Shown here piece after piece: positions 52,445 to 64,000 of a stretch of DNA of 64,000 nucleotides (positions are counted from its first letter, which is position 1; every line of letters begins with the position of its first letter). Origin of the DNA: Paraspadella gotoi (lineage: Eukaryota > Animalia > Chaetognatha); the NCBI GenBank assembly GCA_051294375.1, contig CM119270.1, positions 5,912,027-5,976,026 of the forward strand, in the 5' to 3' direction. The translations under genes were made by a program, and so were the position numbers. Below the pieces are notes generated by a model, which saw only the letters and a program-made list of their open reading frames with translations, made no database searches and had not been told where the DNA came from.

Positions 52445-55109
52445 TGTTATTTATTTTTTATTATTTATTATTTTACTTAAAAATCTAAAAAATAATTTAA
52501 ATAACTTGATGACCATTTCAAAACAATAACAGGAATAAGTAACATAGATGTTAAATTTTTATTTGTTACGAGATAATCTCTCGGTTGTTTAATGACTTTT
52601 TTATTATTGAATTCGTATTTTTGCCATTAAGAAGCATCTGATTGATCAAGTATTTTGAACGTCGCTCGCTGATTGTTCAGTCCTTATGACTGTTCCTTAC
52701 CCAAAATTATGAGGATTAGTTAACAATGATTTTTATCAGTTGGTAAGGGTTTGAAAAAAAATTTAATATAATTTTAATTGATTATTTGATTAATTGATTA
52801 TTTTTAATAATTTTTCTCTCTTGTTATTTTTTAGAAATAGTCTCCCTCTGTACTCTACGTCTCATGTTACGTCAAATTAAAATTAACAACTTCTAATTTG
52901 TATAAATGAAAAGCAAGTCGGAATACACTAGCTCGCTCACGGCGTTACAGTAAAATCCTCAACAATAGATAATAAGAAAGTACTGAAACGGATTACCGGA
53001 AGAAAAAATAATTAGTAAACTGGATAAGAAAATAATAAATGAAAAACTGTTTATCGTTTTTACTTTTCAATCTTTTTTTTCGAACTGCGGGTCAGAACGA
53101 ACTCTCGTGATTCGTCGAAACAACCATCATGTCTCAGATCGAAAGTCGACTTTTTTCTGGTTTTTCTGATGAACCTGCGGAACAACTTTAAAGTTTAGAC
53201 GCATCTCATCTACGACTATGCATGAATTAACTATTCGATTATCATCATCATCCAATTCTTTATTTAAATCGTACTGTTTTTCTGAGTTATTATGCTTTAA
53301 ATAGTAAAAAGTGATCTTACCATTGGTAATAAATCTACCTATTTCGACTCTAACAGCTCTTCTACGCTGCAAAAGGTGCTTCCGCGGGCGCGGCCGTCGG
53401 GAAAGGGTGCCGCTGCATATTTTGAATTGTCGCTGCTGCCGTCGCGGAGACAACTGCCGCCGCCGCGGCCGTCACTGCTGAGAAAAGAGAGAGAGAGATA
53501 AAGACGAAAAAATAAAGAGGTTGAGAGCGACAGATAGACTGAAACTGGTCATGATCATAGGACTAAATCCTCCTCCCAGTGTTAACTGTTGCTGCTTATC
53601 CTCCGGGAATTTTGTTTACAATTTTTACTATTTTGAGTGTCTTCCTGGCCTCTTCGGAGTTACAATTTTGAAATTAATATGGTTTTGTTAAAAATCATTT
53701 TCTAAAAAATTAAGAAAAAGAAGAAAACTCTCAAATTCTTTAAATTGTTGTCTTTTCTTTCTCTTTCCAGAACAAAAAATATTTAAAGAAATGGAACGTG
53801 CAAAAAAACGAGGGGAAAGTCATATTAGTTAATAAACAACAATGATTAAATTTCAAGACTAATTCATTTCATTAAGATTCATTTCGAAATTTGTTTATAA
53901 TTGTTGGTTAATATTGTTATTTAGATTATAAATATTTTTAAAAAAATAATATTTATATTATTCCCTCCATGTTTCTCTTTCGCTAAATTTTATTAAGTAT
54001 TCCTTTTATTAATTGGACAAATAAAGATTTTACACCTGTTTAATTTAGTTATTTTCATAATGGAGTTATAAAAAATACTGTGCTGAAGACTAAATGATAT
54101 AATTGCCAAATATTTCGACATATGTCTTTTATGTCATCTTCATGGAATCCTTTCTTTAATGACTTGTAATTGGAGGGGCAACCCTTTTTGGATTTTGCTG
54201 ACCTTTTTTTATGATCATTCTCTCTATCTTTCTTCCCTCTCTTTCAATCTTTTTTTTTTTTAAGTACCAGATTAAAATTATTGGAATAACCCCCATTTCT
54301 AATTATTATATATTTTTTTAAGACTGGTCATAAACAGAAAAACAGAAAAGTACCAAATTAAAATCTCTCAATCTTGTTAACTACTTGTTCTTGATAAAAT
54401 TATTATTTTATTTTTTGCCACTGAAGATGAACTAAATTAGTATATCGAAATATTTTTCAATTAAATTGTTTGTCTTCAGCACTGTGCAACTCCATTATGG
54501 AAATAATAAAATTAAACATTATTTTAATTGTTCAGTTGAAACACATTTAACACCTTTTCTTTTCATTTTGGTTCCATTTAGTTCGTTTAAATTTTCGTTT
54601 CCCTTCACCCGAGGCCTAGAGCCTGACATGGAATATCAAGAATCGCTTTATATTTTTTATTATCTAAAGATCTGCTATCGCGTTCAACCATTATTACTAC
54701 CTATACTAGCATTTTCATTACGGTGATTGAATCTTTTTAATATTCCTTTATGAAAACCAAGTGGAAACCAAGATTTTGACTAAGGTAAGGACTTTCTTTC
54801 TTTTTTTTAGTTTTAAACATCTTTGAAAAATTCCGCAGTAATTTTAAACGAAACAAAAGCTTTTCATCATCCATGTCCAGATTACAAATTATATAACCCC
54901 TGGTTCTCATAAAAAGAAATACATAACATTTTGTTTTTACGTGATAACCTTAACAATGTGGTGTTTTTTTACATGCACTGTTTTCGCAGTTTGTTGAACT
55001 AATTGTGATAGTCCTTGTGATAATTCCTGCCAAGACGCCTTGACTAACCCCGAAGGCGCTCTTGACTTGACGCCTTTCTAGGTCCTGCTGCCGCGTAACT
55101 GAGTGAAGA

Positions 55110-58100
55110 ATGGCGGGGTTTTACACTTGCGGACCAAACGAAGCCATAGTCTTGTCCGGCGTCGGTCACGACAAAAATCCCTCGATAGTCGTCGGTGGCC
55201 GTGTCTTCAAGTGGCCATGGGTACAACAGGTCTGTTTTCATTTCCTGGTTCCCAATCCCCTTCCTAATTTTTTTTGCTTCCCTCGGATTACGAAAATCGG
55301 GTTAATTTTACTTTCGCCGGTGGTTAGACTTAGGAGGGTTTAGGATTAGGGTAATTAAGTAATAATATTTTGAAGTAATTAAAAAAAAAAAAAACGCGAA
55401 AAAACCCCGGTCGGTGAAAGTAAAATTTTACCCTGTCGTATTTCACAAACAATGAAACGTTAAAGTTATTGAGAGCTTTTGAAATGCACTATGATAATCT
55501 ATCTTCACGTTTTGGTTATTGGTTTCTGCTTACACTTTTTCCTTTTTATACCGCAATTTCAACGGCTCACTTGTCACTCTGGCATTAAGGAAAAATAATT
55601 AGTTAAATATTTATACTGACATTGTGACAGCGAAAGAGATGGAGGGAGTCTAGACTCTAGAGTAAGTGAACACTGAATACAGCTTTTAAGCCAACTTTGG
55701 CGACATTCTGATTTCTCTTTAGCCAGAGACGATATTTGATATTATAAAAAGGGATGGAAATCTTATTCCAGAAAAATTTTTTTTTGAAAGTTGAAAGAAA
55801 AAAACATTAAAATAACGCGACGGCGAGGAACTCTCAGAGAATCTACATATTATATAATATACTATATATTGATCTGAAAACGAAAAAGAAATGGCCGGGT
55901 TTTATACATGCGGTCCAAATGAGGCCATGGTTATTTCCGGCGTGGGACATCGTCAACCGACAATTCTTGTCGGTGGACGTAAATTTAAGTGGCCTTTCAT
56001 CCAAAAGGTAATTCCAAAATAAGTTTGCCACAGAATTGCTAATTATACATTATAGATGTATTGAAAATAATAATACTTTAGTAAGAAACCGTTCTTTTGC
56101 TTCCCGTGAATTAAGTCTTTTAAAAACTAAGTATTTAAAAGATACTCAAAAGCAAAATTGTATTCCACCAGCAGATCTGATCACCAGAGTAAACAAACGT
56201 TCTGTTCTCGCAGATTCAACGCCTCTCTCTCAACACCATGACGCTTAACATCAGTTCTCCAAATGTTTACACCAAAAAGGGTGTCTCCGTTTCGGTCAAT
56301 GGTGTGGCTCAGGTCAGTGCGACAAGCTTTTTCTTTTTCTTCACCGATGCAAAATTGTCATTTGTGGCGGTATATTCACCGTATATTCACCCGGCTGTTG
56401 CCATACATTGATGTAACGATTCTTTTTTGCTTCAGGTAAAAATCTCCGGATCAAACAGGGAGATGCTCCAAACCGCTTGTGAAGTATTTCTCAAGAAGTC
56501 AACAAATCAGATCACAGATGTCTGCAGGGAAACTCTTGAGGGTCACCAAAGGGCAATAATGGGTATGACATATCTTAGTCGACAAAAGTGGAAAATAGTG
56601 TTGAATGTCTTTAATTTTTATGACTTATGATGTAAACGTTTCCTCTTTCTGTGATTTTTTTCATAACTTTTAATTAAACTTTTTTACTTTAGGTCAAATG
56701 ACCGTGGAACAAATCTACCAAGACAGAAAGATGTTTTCAGCCGAAGTGTTTAAAGTCGCCTCTACTGATCTTGTCAACATGGGCGTCACCATCATCTCAT
56801 ACACAATCAAGGACATCAAGGACGATCAAGGATACCTAAAGGCTTTGGGGATGTCGCGAACTGCTCAGGCAATTGATTGTCCGCCTAAATTCACACTAGA
56901 TAACTTAGTGATAATTTTTGTCATATATTAGTAATGGAAGGTTGACTCTCAGTCATACTCATAGTGAATAAGTGCTTTTAATACTATAATCGTAATATTT
57001 GAAACATAATTTTTGTGATTTTTTTGGGTAACCACAGTTACTATTCCTAAAAAAATGATTCTTAAAAAAGTTCAATATTTCAAGGCTGTTTTTTAATAGC
57101 CACAGATTTGACCCGAGGTAGCCAATGAAAGGAAGGGCGGCTTCTGATTAGACATATTTAGAAAAAAAAACATCCCGAAACCAGTATTCGATACGAATTT
57201 TAATCCTTTTTTTAATGACATATTCATATGAAATTGGTACAACCAATATAAAAATTATCCATTCATTTAATAAATAAGCTATTTTGCCCCTGACTTTGGA
57301 CAGGATTTGATGGTTTAAGGCCTCCATCACTCTTACAAGATAATGACATAGCAAGTCCCTGAATACTCACACAGTCTCGTTTATTCACTCCCAGAGTACC
57401 TGGCTTCCCTATCAATGAAGTGGTATATTTCAAAGAATGTTTCAATTTCAAATGTCCAAAGTCAGAGGCAAGATAGCTTATTTATTAAATGAATGGATAA
57501 TTTTTATATTGGTTGCTCCAATTTCATGAAAAGACCACGCCCTTGCTATTGTTGCGGATTTCAGGCTGCTAAATCCCGCAACTAGCCGGTAGCTATTTTA
57601 GTTATTAGTTATTAGAGTTTTATTTGTAGTTTATTAGCATCCTGTGGCGGTATATTCACACCGCCTCACGTCAACCAAATCCATTGGCTCAGAGGGGGAA
57701 CACACCATCCCAGGCATAGTGTTCCATCCACAGTCCTTACGACTTCCCTCTGTGTTGGCAAAGCGAGACCGTCCTAGGGTAACCGCGCCAGTGACTGGAT
57801 GCGTTACTAAGGGTTGGAAGACCCCAAAGCCAACAGTGTGATGCCCCATCCCATTGGGCATCACAGGCAACCTGGCTATTGCCATCTTCTATTATTTCCA
57901 ACAGTGAGGGCCGTTGTCAGGCCTAGATTTTCCTATCCCTAAAATTTTGGGCAGAGTTGAACTGCCCCCAGAACCCTTGTTACACTCCTTTTTATAGAAA
58001 AACTTATCCTCCCCTTCCTCCTCATCTACATAAATTACAGCATCTTTTTGGTGCAATGAGAAGACAAGAACCTTACATTGCTGAGCAGAGCATTGACAAG

Positions 58101-60193
58101 ATCCCTTAATCGCGTAACAGTAATTCATATAGTACTACTGTAAAAAAATGTTCGCTTTACCCAGCGGCGAGAATCAGATTCATCGATTTGCTCGTTTTAA
58201 ACGTCAAAAGTGTCTTATTTTGACATTTATACATATTGAATAAAGTCTTCTTTCCTTTACCCTCCATCCTAGTACTACCTCTTTTTTCCGTTTTTTCATT
58301 ATCACTTGTTGTTCGCCGATTATTTTTATTATTTTTATTATTTTTATTATTTCCGTCTCCCTTTATTTTCAACTTTTTTCCGATTTTTCTCCATCGCCAG
58401 GTGAAACGAGACGCGCGCATAGGTGAGGCGGAAGCAAAACGTGATTCTGGGATCAGAGAGGCTTTGGCGGAAGAGGAAAGGATGGCCGCCCGTTTCAAAA
58501 ATGACACGCTGATTGCATTGTCGCAGAGGTGGGCTAAAAAAAGGCGCACCTTTTAAGAGTGTTTCGCGGACGCCATCTGGAAAAAAAAATATTTTAGAAG
58601 AATCTTTGACTCAAGACTATCCGAGGCTAAATACACGGTGTTCTTTACGACATCTCTTTTTCTACAGGGATTACCAGTTGAAAAAAGCCGAGTTCGATAA
58701 AGAAGTTGAGACACAAAAGGCCTCGTCAGTTTTGGCTTACGATTTACAAAAAGCGAAGACTCGCCAACTTATTCAGGACGAGAACATGCAGATTAAGGTG
58801 AACCCTAATAAAATTAGTTGTAATGAACCAGTTGAGTTGTTCAATGCTGAAAATCAACTAATTTTCAGAATAAACTCGTTCAAAATTAGGTGGTGGAGCG
58901 AATGCAAGAGATCAAGATTCAAGAAGAAGAAATGGCGAGAAAAGAAAAAGCGTTGAACGCCACGATTAAGCAACCGGCGGAGGCGGAGAAATATCGTATG
59001 GAGCGGATAGCGGAAGCTATGAAGAACAAAGTCGTTCTCGAAGGTAAGGGAATGATGACGATGAGACTTTTTAAAAAAGAAATCATAAAATAAAAAACTT
59101 AAAAAAGAAGAAGAAAATAAAATAAAAAAGAAAAGAAGACAAAAGAGAAGAGAAGAGAAGTGAAGAGTGGAAAGCAATTAAAAAAGAAAAGAAGCTAAGA
59201 GAAAAGAAAGGAAAAAAGGAAAAAAAAGAAAATATGAGAAAAGAAAAGAAGAGAAACAAAGAGAAGAATATAAGAAAAGAAACGGGGAAAAAAAAGGGAA
59301 AAAATAAACAACAAAAAACAAAAGAAGCGAAGAGAAAAGAAAGGAAAAAAAGGGGAAAAAGAAAAAAAAGAAAATATGAGAAAAGAAGAGAAACGAAGAG
59401 AAACGAAGAAAAAAAATGAAAAAAACAAAAAAGAAAACAAATTGAAGAATAGAAATCAAAATGAACTCTAAGAAAAATATTTGCAGAAAAGAAATGCATT
59501 TGTAAATGCATTTGTAAATGCATTTGTAAACAAATTAACTGAACGCTAGTAAGATTATTGAAAAACTTCTGAAAACTTATGACATGCTCTTCAACTGGGA
59601 ACAAAAAAATTTCTAAGACTCCGAATTGTCACCCTTTATTGAATGAAGTTATGAGCTTGGTTTTCAGGGGAGGCCGAAGCGGAATCCGTTCGTCTGCGTG
59701 GAGAGGCTGAAGCTTTCGCCATTGAGGCCAAAGCAAAGGCCGAGGCGGAACAAATGGCCAAGAAGGCCGACGCGTGGAAAGACTACGAGGAAGCCGCTAA
59801 GGTTAGGCTTTAATATTCATAAGATGTATTCCAGTCCAGTGGCCTAGCTTCACCTTCACCCATTCCATTCTGTCTATTCTTTGTGCTTCCATTTCTTTCT
59901 TTTTTTTATCAATCTTTCAAGTTTCCTCCTTTTACCCTGACCAGGTATCCATGGTCCTCGAAGTGTTGCCCCAAATCGCGGCAGAGGTGGCGGCGCCACT
60001 GCAGCACTGCAAGAACATCAAGGTAGTCGCCTCGGGCCCCGGCGATATCGGCGCCTCCAAACTTACCGGCGAAATCATGGACATCATGGCCAAGCTGCCC
60101 GATATCATCGAGAAAAACACCGGAGTGACGTTGACCAGCTGTCTCAAAAACGAGAGGAGGGGCGGCGGCGGCGATAGCACGAGGGCGTGGTGA
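55110..60193 (+). CDS. FLOT1: Flotillin-1 (reggie-2), with two alternative ATG-bearing exons
   Basis: Exons 55110-55229 or 55891-56007, then 56214-56312, 56436-56562, 56693-56868, 58401-58528, 58668-58797, 58890-59043, 59668-59801, 59945-60193; phases are consistent. Motifs: [62 protein letters not shown]. Confidence 0.95.
55299..55433. mobile_element. Short MITE-like element with ~21-bp TIRs; related copy ~61618-61769
   Basis: GGGTTAATTTTACTTTCGCCG ... CGGTGAAAGTAAAATTTTACCC with internal TTAGG-rich motifs. The second copy ends CGGTCGGCGAAAGTAAAATGTAGCC. Confidence 0.6.
57228..57527. mobile_element. 300-bp MITE-like element with 75-bp inverted repeats, in a flotillin intron
   Basis: 57228-57302 and 57453-57527 are reverse complements (4 mismatches by my count). 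Further partial copies at 52205 and 62140. Confidence 0.8.
57643..57884 (+). mobile_element. Dispersed ~200-240 bp repeat with TG...CA ends
   Basis: TGTGGCGGTATATTCACACCGCCTCAC...ACCTGGCT.TT.CCA also occurs at 61781-61981. A 41-bp ends-only derivative lies at 56363-56403. Confidence 0.7.
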
Positions 60194-61226
60194 AGGGGAG
60201 GGAAGTGGAGAGAATGAATTCAGAATTGGGTGGGGGGTGTTAAATTTAAAAATTAATACTAGATTTAAATTTGAGACTAAGGACAATAAATTTTTAGTCT
60301 TTATGTTTATAGTTTATCACTTTATAGCTTTTAGACCATTGCTATCAATGTGTGTAGTTGGGGGACGAAGGGGAAAAGTTAAAAAATAAGTTGAAATAGT
60401 TTGTAGTTATTGGGTAGTTGGTATCTTAAGTTGCCAGAGCTTTAAAATAGGTTGACTGGATGACTTAATAGAAAAAGACTGGTGAAAATGATCTGCTTCT
60501 GTCGTTTTTAAAACATTTATTATGTTTAAAATAATTTATCCATTTATTCATCTATTTAAATAATGAATTAGAATTTAAATGAAAAAAAATTGAAATAATT
60601 TCCGATTTGAAACTTGTCTCATAAGAAAAACTTACTTTTTTGTGAAAACTTTTTTTAAACTTTTTTTATTTACGAAAAACTTACTTTTTTGTGAAAACTT
60701 TTTTTAAACTTTTTTTTTATTTACGACCGAATTAAAATGCTATGTTAAATTGAATATCCTATTTCATTATGTGGAAAGTTTACATTTCTTTAATATTCTA
60801 ATTGTTCCTTTATAATATGATCATCATCATTGAATGCCAAAAAAAAATTGATATGCTGGGCATTGTAATTCTACTAGTTAAGTATTTGTTTGATGTTTAA
60901 TGTGCTAACGCTTAACTTAAGCTATTATCACAAGTCGTCTTTCGTGCCTGTGGTTTTTTTTCTAACAGATTTTATTTCATTTTTTCCTCCGTAGTTGTTC
61001 GTTGTTTAAATATTGCTGAAGCTATACTTGGGAAATATATATTTCTTTTAATACTGAATTATTAAGTTTTCGTCAACCAGAAAACCGTAAAAAAAAACAA
61101 GTTCGAAGCTCTAGAAGGGAAAAAAGTAAGAGTATATTAAAAAATGTACGTCGTTTATATTTTAAAGTATTTTATATTTTATTGTACTACTAGTAGTAGG
61201 AGACCTGATGGAAAGATATATAATAA

Positions 61227-61417
61227 TAATAACCAATATATTTTATTTCATTAAAAATAAACGCAGATTGAAAATAATAAAGTAAATAGAAAAACCAAAA
61301 AAATAATGATGAACAGTTAGAGTTTAACTGTTCATCATTATTTTTTTGGTTTTTCTATTTACTTTATTATTTTCAATCTGAGTTTATTTTTAATGAAATA
61401 AATTATATTGGTTATTA
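61227..61417. repeat. Near-perfect AT-rich hairpin, 93-bp arms, 5-nt loop
   Basis: 61227-61319 versus 61325-61417 are reverse complements with 2 mismatches. Confidence 0.95.
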
Positions 61418-61780
61418 AACCTAATCAGAAATTAGAATTGATTGATTTGATAGGCACAATTACAAAATACAAAATTTTAAAAAATATAAAAAATGTTTGA
61501 CAAAATTAAAGATTTTTATTTTGTGCCAGTAAATATTAAAAAATTAGAATCAAACAAAAGATCAAACAAAAGAAATCATATGAAGCTGACCTATAAATAA
61601 TATACTTGTATAAAAAAGGGTTACTTTAGAGGTAGTTTAGGGTTAGGGGTGGTGAGGGTTAAATGGGTTTAGGAGTATTTCGTAATATTTTAAATTTTTT
61701 TTTAAAAATATTTTAAATGTTTTTTTCAAACGCCGCCAAAACCGCGGTCGGCGAAAGTAAAATGTAGCCAAAAAAAGAAT

Positions 61781-61981
61781 TGTGGCGGTATATTCACACC
61801 GCCTCACATCCACCATCGTTCAGCCAATCCCATTGGCTCAGAGGGGGAACATACCATCCCAAGCGTTACGTTCCATCCAGTCTTCACGACCGTAACTGCG
61901 CCAATGAGGGTCGGTAACCCCTAAAGCCAACAGTGAGATACCCCATCCTAATAGTCATTACAAGCAACCTGGCTGTTACCA
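61781..61981 (+). mobile_element. Second copy of the TG...CA dispersed repeat
   Basis: Colinear similarity to 57643-57884. Confidence 0.7.
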
Positions 61982-62139
61982 TAGATTGATAGAATGATAA
62001 AAGTAATAAAAATAAACCAAAAACTTATGAAATATATGTTTACAAAAAAAATAATTATTGCAAATGCTTATATTAATAACAATTTTTTTAATATCATGTA
62101 AGAGCTAATAAATGAATGAGAGATAAATTTTATATAGGG

Positions 62140-62331
62140 AAGCCAGTTACTCTGGGAGTGAATAAACGAGACTGTGAGAGAGTTGATTGAAAGCTTGCAG
62201 GGACCTGCTATGTCATTATCTTGTAAGAGTGATGGAGGCCTTAAACCACCAAAGCCTGTCCAAAGTCAGGGGCAAGATTGCTTATTTATTAAATGAATGG
62301 ATAATTTTTATATTGGTTGTACCAATTTCAT
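62140..62331 (-). mobile_element. Partial inverted copy of the 57228 MITE family
   Basis: Reverse complement matches the left repeat and internal region of 57228-57410. Confidence 0.75.
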
Positions 62332-62988
62332 AAAACTTTATATCCATATTTATAAAAAAAAGCTATTTACTCTTTTAGTAGGGCCAAACTTTGTCAACGG
62401 GGTGGGTCAAAAGTTTGATTTGGGAACCTTCAAGTTTAGCTTCAAACATTTCTGAGAAAACTTTCAATGGACCAAAATTTTCTAAAATGGCTAGAAGCAC
62501 TAGTAATTAATTTTTAATTGTCTCAATCGCTTTGCGTTTGCGACGATTTTGCTGTAGTTTTGCACATAAGTGGCGGCGTCGTCGTCGTGTGTATGAAGTG
62601 GGTGTATGGGTGTATGAAGCTGAAAATTTATATACAGCTTCTCATCATCGAGGTCCTTGAAATTGGGTGAGGACAGTTATTAAATATGTTTTGTTTAGGT
62701 TTTATCAAAACAAATTTCCTCTTTTTATTTTTATGTCTCCTTCTCTCTCTCTTTTTTCTTTTCAAGCCCTTCAAGCTTGCTAATCTATCAAGATTCGAGT
62801 GATCATATAATCATAATGGGTAAAAATAGTTACCAAGTCAGTTTAAAGGTTGGACTTCTGACCTCTCATTATTTGGTCCGATAAAGAGTCAGCTCGCCTT
62901 TACCGCTCACTCACTTCGGCCAATCACGACTCGCCGAGAAAATGGTAGCGATGAGACGCAATTCTCAACCTCTTCTCTAGACCCTGCG

Positions 62989-63037
62989 CGTGGAAGTATT
63001 CCATTGGCCAAACTAAATCGTGGAAGACTGCGATTGG
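62989..63037 (-). promoter_or_regulatory. Two perfect ER stress response elements (ERSE, CCAAT-N9-CCACG) upstream of calreticulin
   Basis: CGTGG-aagtattcc-ATTGG at 62989-63007 and CGTGG-aagactgcg-ATTGG at 63019-63037. Extra CCAAT boxes at 62920, 63079 and 63111, and a GC box GGGGCGGGC at 63191. Confidence 0.8.
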
Positions 63038-63442
63038 TCGGTCCAAGAATATAATTGTATTCTTCGTCGAAATTTGGACCAATCCGCGCACGAATCAGTT
63101 GTAGATTCAACCAATCGACGTTTTACAACTGGCAATGGCTTCGATTTTACCAGTTTTTAACTTCATGTAGTAAGGATGTCGGCCCATTCTGGGGCGGGCC
63201 GCTTTCTCATTGACACTTTGCGCAGTGACGGACGAATCGACGCCGTCTTTGTTTATATGTAAATATAAACACATACATATACATACGGCATTCCATGTTT
63301 ACTTATATGCTCGACGCTTTGTCCAACCGGCTAACCCTTTCCCACGTTTTTCTCCCCTCCAGATAATATTCCGACGATTCAATTTTATTCGTTGGCGTAC
63401 GTTTTAGACAACTTTTTAAACAATTTTTAAGTATTTTTAAAA

Positions 63443-63958
63443 ATGGAGATGTTGTGGGTCGTCTCGTTTCTCATGTGCCTTTGGGCGGCAGAGTCGACGG
63501 TCTATTTCAAGGAACAGTTCGACGACGGAGGTGAGTGTCGAAAAAGAAAAAAACCCATGAGCCGTAAGTTGATCCCTCATCTTTTCATTGCAGACGGATA
63601 TTTGTCTCGGTGGGTCTCGTCGACGAGCAAAGGCGGCGACCAAGGCAAGTTCGTCATCTCGTCGGGAAAGTTCTATGGCGACGTTGAGAAGGACAAGGGT
63701 GAGTTCTAAGAGTTACTGCTCAAAGGGAAGGTGCCTTGTTTTAATAACATTCTTTGTACCGTTTGATGCCTAGAAATATTTTTTTTTTCTTGGAATTTAT
63801 TGGCATTTTTCGGCGCCCCAGTTAATCTAAATGTTAATATTTTTCTCGTTTGGTCATTTCAGGCCTTCAAACGTCTCAAGACGCCAGATTCTATGGCATC
63901 TCGGCCAAATTCGATTCCTTCAGCAACGAAGGCAAATCTTTGGTCATTCAGTTTTCGG
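63443..63958 (+). CDS. CALR: Calreticulin, first three exons (gene continues beyond the window)
   Basis: Exons 63443-63530, 63594-63698, 63863-63958 give a signal peptide, then VYFKEQFDDG..RWV...GKF..SSGKFYGD.EKDKGLQTSQDARFYGISAKFDSFSNEGKSLVIQFS. Confidence 0.96.
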
Positions 63959-64000
63959 GTGAGTTTTTGATGTACGAAGAAACAAAATTGAAAAAAAGCT

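Noticed and set aside
53320-53480. GC-rich minus-strand exon candidate / ORF 53127-53453
   Set aside because: Has a plausible acceptor and donor but no recognisable product. It may be a 5' UTR exon and cannot be assigned.
61618-61675. TTAGGG-like motifs as an interstitial telomere
   Set aside because: Only a couple of degenerate units, inside a small MITE-like repeat also seen at 55299.

Overview
Intron-rich animal (invertebrate-like) genomic DNA with AT-rich introns, abundant (AG)n/(GAC)n microsatellites and three 25-N gaps. The first ~26 kb is noisy: a block holding a divergent XK-related (XKR scramblase-family) gene (+) and a tail-to-tail SLC16/MCT transporter (-) appears twice with indel-type differences and local inversions, most likely a gap-filling artefact. 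Further along are a genuine second SLC16 paralogue (30-34.5 kb, -), an animal heme peroxidase (42-49 kb, -), flotillin-1 (55-60 kb, +) and the 5' end of calreticulin (63.4 kb onward, +). The most interesting signals are: the peroxidase looks type-II membrane anchored and carries an acidic insert bracketed by two furin-type sites inside its catalytic domain; flotillin-1 has two duplicated alternative ATG exons; the calreticulin promoter has two perfect ERSE elements; and two introns use GC donors. Exon boundaries were derived by hand and family calls rest on remembered motifs, not database searches.
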